Positions 56,815 through 64,000 of a stretch of 64,000 nucleotides of DNA are shown here, piece by piece (the stretch's first letter is position 1; every line of letters starts with the position of its first letter). The position numbers and the translations under genes are program-made. Source of the DNA: a bacterium (GTDB taxonomy: Bacteria > Bacteroidota > Bacteroidia > Bacteroidales > UBA3663). Where the stretch lies: positions 16,284-80,283 of the forward strand of contig CAVFPF010000029.1 of the NCBI GenBank assembly GCA_963624265.1, read 5' to 3'. The notes beneath the pieces were generated by a model. It was not told the DNA's origin and did no database searches. It worked only from the letters and a program-made list of their open reading frames with translations.

Positions 56815-57897
56815 TCAGATTTTGTTCTTTCCCTCGCGTTTCATACTTGAGAGCATGCCGCAGGCGGCGTAGATGTCTTCGCCTCGGGAGGCACGGATGG
56901 TGGCGGTGAGACCGTGATTGTTGAGGATGTCGCGGAATCGCTCCATCTGTTGCAGGTCGGAGGTCTGTAGGTCTACGCCCGGGATGGCGTGGAAGCGGAT
57001 CAAGTTAACCTTGCAGTCCAGTCCGCTGAGAAGACGGACGAGGGCACGTGCATGGGCCGGCGTGTCGTTCAGACCCTTGAAGACGATGTATTCGAACGTG
57101 AGGTGGCGCTGGTGGCTCCAGTCGTATTGATGGAGTAGGGAGAGCACATCCGCAATGGGATAGGCCCTTTGTACGGGCATCAGTTGGCTGCGCTCCTCTT
57201 CGAATGGCGTATGGATGGAGATGGCCAAATGGCATTGACTCTGTGCGAGAAACTCAGGCAAGTGCTGCATTTGTCCGACGGTGGAGAGCGTGACGCGCTT
57301 TGGACTCCATGCCAATCCCCATGGTGCCGTGATAATCTCCAGGGCCTTGGATACCTCCGGCCAGTTGTCCAGAGGTTCGCCCATCCCCATAAACACAATG
57401 TTGGTCAATGTGGCAGACTCCGGAATGGCAAATATCTGGTTGAGGATGTGGTGTGTCGAGAGATTGCCGTTGAAGCCTTGTTTGCCCGTTTGGCAGAAGC
57501 AGCAGTTCATCTTGCAGCCCACTTGCGATGAGACGCAGAGAGTGGCGCGGTCGTGGTCCGGGATATAGACAGACTCGACAGGAAGTCCATGACCAGAGGT
57601 CGGCGTGCCATCGCCTGTTGCATTTTGTTCCTTTGGCTGGTTGTGAGAGTCGAAAAGATAGCGGATGGTGCCGTCTGTCGAAACGGCGGCATCAATGGGC
57701 GGCTCGATGCCTACCTCATAGCCGGCAGCGGTAAGCTTGGCGCGGTTGACCAACGAGATGTCGGTCATTTCGTCGACGCTGCGGACCCGCTTTATGTACA
57801 CCCATTGCACAATCTGTTTGGCGGCAAAGCCGGGCATGCCCAGAGCGAGCACGATGTCACGGATTTCGGATAGGGTCATACCCAGGAGAGCGGTCAT
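56815..57897 (-). CDS. rlmN: 23S rRNA/tRNA (adenine-C2)-methyltransferase, radical SAM
   Basis: CxxxCxxC cluster in SSQVGCKMNCCFCQTG, MGMGEPLDN, and the C-terminal ..ACGML.. Confidence 0.9.
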   Translation of the reverse strand: MTALLGMTLSEIRDIVLALGMPGFAAKQIVQWVYIKRVRSVDEMTDISLVNRAKLTAAGYEVGIEPPIDAAVSTDGTIRYLFDSHNQPKEQNATGDGTPTSGHGLPVESVYIPDHDRATLCVSSQVGCKMNCCFCQTGKQGFNGNLSTHHILNQIFAIPESATLTNIVFMGMGEPLDNWPEVSKALEIITAPWGLAWSPKRVTLSTVGQMQHLPEFLAQSQCHLAISIHTPFEEERSQLMPVQRAYPIADVLSLLHQYDWSHQRHLTFEYIVFKGLNDTPAHARALVRLLSGLDCKVNLIRFHAIPGVDLQTSDLQQMERFRDILNNHGLTATIRASRGEDIYAACGMLSSMKREGKNKI

Positions 57898-57945
57898 AAG
57901 GCAGAAGGTGTTTGGTGGTTAAAAAAGAGTCTGATAAGGAAGAAT

Positions 57946-57980
57946 AAAGGACGCACCCGGAAGCGCGTCCTTTATATTTT
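57946..57980 (-). terminator. hairpin after ppiD (terminator-like, T-run on the plus side)
   Basis: 9-bp stem aaaggacgc (57946-57954) / gcgtccttt (57963-57971), then atatttttt on the plus strand. Confidence 0.45.
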
Positions 57981-58029
57981 TTGAGGTGTGTGGCAGGAGG
58001 GTTGTCAGATGCCGCCCTGCCGTTATTTA

Positions 58030-60141
58030 TCAATAGAACCGGATGCGGTTGTCCATAATGTCGGCATCGTTGTAACGCTTGGCGTTGGCAACGTTGCCTG
58101 CATTGGTGTAGACTGTTGCGCTGACCTTGGCTCTGTAGGTCTCGTCGTCGAAGGTAAGGCCTTTGTCCTTCTTGGAGGTAACCTTGAGAACAACGACGTT
58201 GTTGCTGCCATCGATAGGACCGACTACAGCGCCCTCCTCAGCCTTGACAGCCTCAGCTACAATCTTGGGCTCGTTGCCGAGACCGGAGATGTTGTTGATG
58301 TTGAAGTTGACGCGGCTGGCTTCCTGAGCTTCTACGCCAAGAGCCTGAGCATAACCTTCGATGGTCTTGTCAGCGACTTTGGCAAAGTCGTTCTCCATCA
58401 GGTAGGCGACCTTCTTCTCGGGCATTACCATCATGTTGATGAAGTTGCTGACCTGCTTGTCTTCCAGACTGACATAGCCCTTTTGGGTGTCGCCCTTGAT
58501 GCCGACCAACAGGAGGTAACCGCTCTCCTCGTAAATCTCGGAGACGTCGCCCTTTTTGCCATCGAAAGCGAAGCGTACGGCCTGACGGCACTCCTTAACT
58601 TGGTTGATGTCGTAGCTGTTGGTAGATACGGTAGCGTCAATCATGTGGAAACCGGCTGACAGGGCGCTGTCCTCCATCTGTTCGATGGTCGGATAGTTCG
58701 TGACAAATTCGTTGAGATTGCCATAAGCGACGCGGCGTGTCTTGCTGCTTGGGTTGATGCGCTCGGCATATACGGCCACCTTGGTGAGAGGTGTTGCTGC
58801 AGTCTTGTCGACTACTTTGCATACGAGGTAAACTTGCTGCTGACCGTTGTTGAAATCATACTTGAAAGTCTGGCCCTTGGCTGCGTTGGCTATCTTGTCG
58901 CGCAGACCTTGTTCGAAGCCTACGGTACCTACACCGGTCGTCCAGTTTGCCTGTTCGTCCTGTTTGCCATCCTTAACCACATTGTATACGCTGTCTTGTG
59001 TAGCTTCGGTAGCCGGTGCGATGACGAGCTTGACAGAGTCGGCAGCATTCTTCTTGTCGAGGATGCGTACCATATAATAGTATTCGGCCAAAGTCTGGTC
59101 GCTCTCGCTCTGCTCGCTGAGTAGGGAGAGGATGTCGCCGCGGTAGATTTGCGGTTCGCTGACAGCGCCGACGGGATTAGCCTCGACAAACTCTTTCAGC
59201 TCGCCACGGAAAATATTGTTGTTCAGGTAGGCGTCAATGTAAGGCACAACCGAATTGGCAGAAACGATTTCCTGTACATTGCCGGTAGCGAACTCCTCAG
59301 ACACCTTCTTCAGGTTGCCTAAAGTGTTGTTGCAGTCGTCCTCGCTTGGACGGAGAGGAACGGCGATGTAGGTGATTTCGCGTGTCTCCTGGTTCTGCTT
59401 GAAGTTTTGCTTGTGAGCCTCGTAGTAGTTCTTGATATCGCTGCTCTTGACCGAAACCAACGAATCGGGCACTTCGGAAGCGCGTTTGCGTACGTAGGTA
59501 AAAGAAACTTCGGTGTTCTCGCCGTTGAAGACATCCTTAGCCTCAAGCACGTTGGGCTGGATGGCAGCAGAGAGGAGAGCGTTGTACTTCTGCATCTTGC
59601 GGGTGCTGACAATCTGACGTTCGATGACGAGCCAATTTTCGCGGGTCATGTACGGAGCGTTGTACTGCTGTTGGAAAGCCTCAAAGCCGTCGGTCGAAAC
59701 CAGCTGGGCGAAAGTCTGTCCGTACATCTGGGCCTGTTGGCCGAAGATTTGTGTCATGACGGGCGAGATGTGATTGCCCTGCGCGAGTTCGTTGATTTCC
59801 GTTTCGCTCACACCGATGCCCAGTTTGTCCAGTTGCTCGTCGAGCAGAATCTCCTGTACGAACTGGCCGTAGACCTGGTTGTTGATCTGGTGGCTGATAG
59901 CTGCCTTGTTGACATCCTGGTTGTAGAACGACTGGATGAAGTCTGACTGATGCTGGCGTTCGGTCTCGTACATGGTATAGTCGACCTTGTTGCCGTTCAC
60001 TTTGAGGACGGTGTCGCGGTCTCCCTGGAAGAGTCCGTTGTAGTCGTCAAAGCCGAACATGATAATCATCAAGATAAGGCCGCCACCGAGGATGCATGTG
60101 AGCAGCACCGGGTGGTTGCGGATAGATTGTAATGTTGCCAT
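58030..60141 (-). CDS. ppiD: periplasmic chaperone / peptidyl-prolyl isomerase PpiD-like
   Basis: N-terminal anchor MATLQSIRNHPVLLTCILGGGLILMIIMFGF and a SurA-N-like region. At 703 aa its size is typical for Bacteroidetes PpiD. Confidence 0.75.
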   Translation of the reverse strand: MATLQSIRNHPVLLTCILGGGLILMIIMFGFDDYNGLFQGDRDTVLKVNGNKVDYTMYETERQHQSDFIQSFYNQDVNKAAISHQINNQVYGQFVQEILLDEQLDKLGIGVSETEINELAQGNHISPVMTQIFGQQAQMYGQTFAQLVSTDGFEAFQQQYNAPYMTRENWLVIERQIVSTRKMQKYNALLSAAIQPNVLEAKDVFNGENTEVSFTYVRKRASEVPDSLVSVKSSDIKNYYEAHKQNFKQNQETREITYIAVPLRPSEDDCNNTLGNLKKVSEEFATGNVQEIVSANSVVPYIDAYLNNNIFRGELKEFVEANPVGAVSEPQIYRGDILSLLSEQSESDQTLAEYYYMVRILDKKNAADSVKLVIAPATEATQDSVYNVVKDGKQDEQANWTTGVGTVGFEQGLRDKIANAAKGQTFKYDFNNGQQQVYLVCKVVDKTAATPLTKVAVYAERINPSSKTRRVAYGNLNEFVTNYPTIEQMEDSALSAGFHMIDATVSTNSYDINQVKECRQAVRFAFDGKKGDVSEIYEESGYLLLVGIKGDTQKGYVSLEDKQVSNFINMMVMPEKKVAYLMENDFAKVADKTIEGYAQALGVEAQEASRVNFNINNISGLGNEPKIVAEAVKAEEGAVVGPIDGSNNVVVLKVTSKKDKGLTFDDETYRAKVSATVYTNAGNVANAKRYNDADIMDNRIRFY

Positions 60142-60193
60142 TGGTTTGGATTTATTTTATTTTACAAATTTATTCAATTCAGACAATCGGCTG

Positions 60194-60201
60194 CAAAGTT
60201 A
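60194..60201 (-). promoter_or_regulatory. -7 box (TAACTTTG on minus strand) for ppiD
   Basis: Plus strand caaagtta, 53 nt upstream of the ATG at 60141. Confidence 0.5.
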
Positions 60202-60302
60202 TGAAATAATTTAATATCACGCACAACTTTTGGCCTAAAAAGTGCATTTTGGTCGTGTTTTTGTCCAAAAAGGAGTGTACATTCCCCTGCTAACCCCATT
60301 CT

Positions 60303-61589
60303 TTATTCGGTCAGGACGAGATGGACGGTTTCGATTTTGGAGGCCGAAGCCTTGGTGATCTGTATCTTTGCCTTGGGCTCTTCGAGTGTGACGACGTCAC
60401 CCTCGTGGGGTACGCTTTGCAGTTCGTGGAGCACCAGTCCGGCCAGGGTCAGGTATTCGTCCGATTCGGGCAGGTCGAGGTCGAGGTCTTCGTTGATTTT
60501 GCTGATTTCCAGTCGGCCGGACAGTTCGTATTCCGTATCGCTGATTTTGCGTTCCACGAGCTGCAGGTGGTCGTGCTCGTCCTCGATGTCGCCGATGATT
60601 TCCTCGAAGAGGTCCTCCATAGTCACGATGCCGGCTGTGCCTCCAAACTCGTCCACGACGGCTGCAATCGACTTCTTCTTCTCCATGAGCATGCGGAGCA
60701 CTTTGGGCGCTGAGATGGTCTCGGGCACGAAGGGGATGGGGATAATCTTCTGCTGCCAGTTGTGCTGCTTGCGGAACATCTCCGACGAGTGGATATAGCC
60801 GATGAGATTGTCGATATCCTCTTTGTAGACAGGTATCTTCGAATAGCCGGTTTCGACAAAGAGCCGGTTGAGTTTGGCAAACGGGGTGTCGATGGAGACG
60901 ACGGTCAGTTCGGAGCGCGGTATCATGCAGTCGCGTACCTGTACGTCCGAAAAGTCGAGTGCATTCTGGAAGAGTTTCAGTTCCTGGCTGTCGTCGTCTT
61001 CGTCGTCGTGATGGTGCTCGTCGCCGTCGTCATTGTGGTCCAGACCCCGCTGGATGAAGTGGTCCAGGTCGACCTTGGTGATGGCCTTGGTCTTTTCGTC
61101 GCGGATAGGCATGCGGGCCAGTTTCAGTACGCCGTGACTCGTCATCGTAAAGAAACTCGACAGCGGATACAGAATCCAGTAGATGCAATAGGCCGGGAGG
61201 GCAAAAGCCCGCATCATGGCATTCGGATTGATCTTGAACAAAGTCTTGGGCAGGTACTCGGCCGTGAAGAGGATGATGATGGTCGACACGATGGTCTGTA
61301 TCAGCACAATCATAAAGTCGTTGTCGGTCAGATAGGTGCTGATGGGACCGTTGAGCAGCCGTGACATGAAGATACCGTACACGATGAGGGCGATGTTGTT
61401 GCCTACCAGCATGGTCGAGATATACTTCTCGGTATGGCTATAGAAGTAGTTGAGGGCCTTGGCGGTGAGTCCGCCGTTCTGTTTGTCCAGTTCGAGACGT
61501 ACGCGGTTGGCCGACATGAAAGCCATTTCCATGCCGCTGAAGAAGGCGCTGAACATCAGCGTGATGATGATGGATATGTAGAGGTTCAT
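60303..61589 (-). CDS. CNNM/DUF21-CBS-CorC_HlyC family protein (GldE-type hemolysin-like transporter)
   Basis: DUF21 N-terminus (..[18 protein letters not shown]..), a CBS pair (..[11 protein letters not shown]..), and a C-terminal CorC/HlyC domain. Its start overlaps the lptC-like stop (ATGA at 61586-61589). Confidence 0.8.
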   Translation of the reverse strand: MNLYISIIITLMFSAFFSGMEMAFMSANRVRLELDKQNGGLTAKALNYFYSHTEKYISTMLVGNNIALIVYGIFMSRLLNGPISTYLTDNDFMIVLIQTIVSTIIILFTAEYLPKTLFKINPNAMMRAFALPAYCIYWILYPLSSFFTMTSHGVLKLARMPIRDEKTKAITKVDLDHFIQRGLDHNDDGDEHHHDDEDDDSQELKLFQNALDFSDVQVRDCMIPRSELTVVSIDTPFAKLNRLFVETGYSKIPVYKEDIDNLIGYIHSSEMFRKQHNWQQKIIPIPFVPETISAPKVLRMLMEKKKSIAAVVDEFGGTAGIVTMEDLFEEIIGDIEDEHDHLQLVERKISDTEYELSGRLEISKINEDLDLDLPESDEYLTLAGLVLHELQSVPHEGDVVTLEEPKAKIQITKASASKIETVHLVLTE

Positions 61590-62218
61590 CGTTTGTCTGT
61601 ATTATGCGTGAGGCTATCCGGAGCGGCTGTCTGTCCCTGTGCCGTAGACGTGTCGTTCTGCACGGGTTCGTCCTTGACGGGGAAGATGCCGCTGGTCTGT
61701 CGTATTTCGTATTTTGCAAAGTCGTCGGTCGAGGTGAAGCCGTACCCCTCGATGATGTTGTCGGCACGTTCGATGTGGATGAACGTGTCGCTGTACACCT
61801 GATGTGTGCGCATATTCCAGTACAGTTCGTCGGTATCGAACTTCTCGCCCTGTATGCTCGTGACGTGTACGTTTTTAATCAGATGCCACAACTGGCGGTC
61901 TTCCCAGTTGTAGGCGGTGTCGGCCAGTATGGTCTCTGTCGCCTCAAAGAGCGAGTCGACGGTTTCGAACCGTATGCCGTCCGGGAAGTACTGGTAGGGT
62001 TCGCTGACCCCCTCGCTGTAGCGGATCCAGGTGGGGGTGACGGCGCGGTAGCGGATGACACCGGAGTCGCTGATGAGCATAGACACCTCGTGGGTGACCA
62101 TGTCGGGTACTGCTTCTCCTTCCGGAATCAGGGCCGGTTGGTCTTTGCCGCCGTTCGAACAACCGCTGCCGAGGCATATGCCCAAAACCAGACTCACTGC
62201 AATCAAAATGTGCCTCAT
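61586..62218 (-). CDS. lptC: LptC-like LPS export periplasmic protein (lipoprotein form)
   Basis: MRHILIAVSLVLGICLGSGC lipobox, then ..SMLISDSGVIRYRAVTP..W.. typical of Bacteroidetes LptC. ATG at 62218. Confidence 0.55.
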   Translation of the reverse strand: MRHILIAVSLVLGICLGSGCSNGGKDQPALIPEGEAVPDMVTHEVSMLISDSGVIRYRAVTPTWIRYSEGVSEPYQYFPDGIRFETVDSLFEATETILADTAYNWEDRQLWHLIKNVHVTSIQGEKFDTDELYWNMRTHQVYSDTFIHIERADNIIEGYGFTSTDDFAKYEIRQTSGIFPVKDEPVQNDTSTAQGQTAAPDSLTHNTDKR

Positions 62219-62286
62219 CTCGTTTCCTTTGTCTGTTTCAAATAAAAATATTTGCTTCACAAAGTGCAAATGTATGAAAAAAAACT

Positions 62287-62294
62287 TACCTTTG
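62287..62294 (+). promoter_or_regulatory. -7 box TACCTTTG for thyA
   Basis: tacctttg, 27 nt upstream of the ATG at 62321. Confidence 0.55.
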
Positions 62295-62320
62295 CACCGA
62301 AATGTAAAAAAAATTACATA

Positions 62321-63118
62321 ATGAAGCAGTATTTGGACCTTTTACAGCGTGTTTTGGATCAGGGAGTGCGCAAGGATGACCGTACCGGGACGGGTACGCT
62401 CAGTGTCTTTGGCCATCAGATGCGGTTTGACCTCAAAGACGGTTTTCCGCTGGTGACGACCAAAAAAGTCTTTACGCGCGGTATTATTGAAGAGTTGCTT
62501 TGGTTCATCAGCGGGTCGACCAACAAAAAGGTCCTCCAGGAGAAAAACGTGCACATTTGGGACGAATGGGGCGATGACGAGACTGGCGAATTGGGGCCGA
62601 TATACGGCAAGCAGTGGCGCGACTGGCAGGGCAACGACGGCCGGCATTATGACCAGCTGATGGATGTCATCCGGCAAATCCGGACCAACCCGGACAGCCG
62701 CCGTTTGATTGTCTCTTCGTGGCATGTCGAGGAAATCAGCCAGATGGGCCTGCCTCCGTGTCATTGTTTCTATCAGTTCTATGTGGCCAATGGCCGTCTT
62801 TCGCTGCAACTCTACCAGCGTTCGGCGGACCTCTTTCTCGGCGTTCCCTTCAACATCGCCTCCTATGCTCTCCTGCTGATGATGGTGGCACAGGTGACGG
62901 GCCTGGAACCTGGTGAGTTCGTTCACACTACGGGCGATACGCATATCTACCTGAACCACATCGAACAAGTGAAACTGCAGTTGAGCCGTGAGCCCTACCC
63001 GTTGCCGACCATGAAGCTCAATCCCGATATCCGTGACATTCGCGACTTCCGGATTACCGACTTCGCGCTCGAAAACTATCAGTGCCATCCGGCTATCAAG
63101 GGTGCCGTGAGCGTCTGA
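62321..63118 (+). CDS. thyA: thymidylate synthase
   Basis: [31 protein letters not shown].., catalytic Cys in [12 protein letters not shown], and [16 protein letters not shown]. Confidence 0.95.
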   Translation: MKQYLDLLQRVLDQGVRKDDRTGTGTLSVFGHQMRFDLKDGFPLVTTKKVFTRGIIEELLWFISGSTNKKVLQEKNVHIWDEWGDDETGELGPIYGKQWRDWQGNDGRHYDQLMDVIRQIRTNPDSRRLIVSSWHVEEISQMGLPPCHCFYQFYVANGRLSLQLYQRSADLFLGVPFNIASYALLLMMVAQVTGLEPGEFVHTTGDTHIYLNHIEQVKLQLSREPYPLPTMKLNPDIRDIRDFRITDFALENYQCHPAIKGAVSV

Positions 63119-63143
63119 GGCCTCACTGCACATTTGTCATACT

Positions 63144-63185
63144 GCTCCGCCCGGACCATCTTCGTCTGGGCGGAGCCTTTTGGTG
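63144..63185 (+). terminator. intrinsic terminator after thyA
   Basis: Stem gctccgccc (63144-63152) / gggcggagc (63168-63176), followed by cttttgg. Confidence 0.65.
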
Positions 63186-63233
63186 ATGTGACCCAAGCCG
63201 TACTTTTGCAACCCGATTGCAATAAAAGTTCCG

Positions 63234-63241
63234 TATCTTTG
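63234..63241 (+). promoter_or_regulatory. candidate -7 box TATCTTTG for the RND pump gene (a second candidate, TACTTTTG, lies at 63201-63208)
   Basis: Both motifs lie in the 223-bp gap upstream of the ATG at 63342. Confidence 0.4.
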
Positions 63242-63341
63242 CCCCGCAGACGAGGAAGTCCGGACTGATGCCTGTCTGCTGGCACTGCAAGAATCTACAT
63301 AGGAACAGCAAAAACACATAATAGAAACGGTTATGTTTCAG

Positions 63342-64000
63342 AAGATTATATACGAGTCCATCAGGCACAAGGGAGTGGTAGGTATCCTCACTCTGGCTCT
63401 TTTGGTATGGGGTGTGTGGAGTTTGGCGCACCTTCCTTTCGACGCTACGCCCGACATCACCAACAATCAGGTGCAGGTCATTGCCCAGGCACCTTCTCTC
63501 GGTGCAGAGGAGGTGGAGCAGTTTATCACCACGCCGATAGAAATGGCACTGGCCAACATCCCGAGAGTGGAGGAACGCCGTTCCGTGAGCCGTTCGGGAC
63601 TGTCGGTCATCACGCTTGTCTTTGACGACGATGCCGATATCTACTGGGCCCGCGAACAGGTCAATCAGCAGCTGCGTGAGGCAGAGGCCGACCTTCCGAA
63701 CCAAAATGCCGACATCGAACTCGGCCCTGTGGCTACGGCATTGGGCGAAATCTACCATTACACCGTGCGGGCCAAAGAGGGGTATGAGGACAAGTATTCG
63801 CTGACCGACCTCCGCACCATCCAGGACTGGATAGTGCGCAAGCAGTTGCAGGGCACGCCGGGCTTGGCCGAAGTGTCGGGTTGGGGCGGATTCGTCAAGC
63901 AGTATGAGGTGGCTGTCGACGCCGATAGGCTCAATGCCATGAGCATTACCATACCGGAACTCTATGAGGCTCTTGCTGCCAATAACGAAAACTCCGGCGG
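63342..64000 (+). CDS. CusA/CzcA-family heavy-metal RND efflux permease, N-terminal part (continues beyond window)
   Basis: This frame is not in the ORF track because it has no stop before the window end. It translates as MFQKIIYESIRHKGVVGILTLALLVWGVWSLAHLPFDATPDITNNQVQVIAQAPSLGAEEVEQFIT.PIE.., typical of CzcA/CusA. Confidence 0.8.

Overview
The window reads as a chromosomal segment from a Bacteroidota (Bacteroidales, Prevotella-like) genome. Evidence: SusC/SusD-type genes, a DUF4835/PorD-like gene, a GldE-type gene, and TAnnTTTG -7 promoter boxes upstream of most first-in-operon genes. I support about 49 protein-coding genes, mostly housekeeping: lepA, relA-type RSH, rsmE, valS, recN, dnaN, pepD, rlmI, folA, proC, aroE, rlmN, ppiD, lptC, thyA. 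There is a partial PUL tail at the 5' end and a partial CzcA/CusA-type RND pump at the 3' end. I saw no rRNA, tRNA, CRISPR array, integrase or transposase by eye. The less ordinary parts are listed below.
(a) 7.6-22.9 kb is an envelope/glycan neighbourhood. It holds LicD, GT90, WbbI-like and GT4 transferases, an enzyme-less TonB receptor plus short SusD-like pair, and a Wzx-like flippase. It also holds a lipoprotein / 814-aa TPR protein / 542-aa beta-barrel module packed directly behind relA.
(b) 54.3-56.8 kb is an AT-rich islet. It carries an orphan NeuD-type acetyltransferase, a perfect 33-bp tandem repeat (about 4.7 copies) and a frameshifted AAA/DUF4143 ATPase.
(c) Most tail-to-tail intergenic gaps contain short tandem arrays with 21-28 bp periods.
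None of these is demonstrably a new system from sequence alone, and I state what would test each. Many listed ORFs are 5'-extended; start codons were re-chosen from conserved N-termini, signal peptides and -7 box positions and remain judgement calls. All homology calls come from motif recognition by eye, not from searches.
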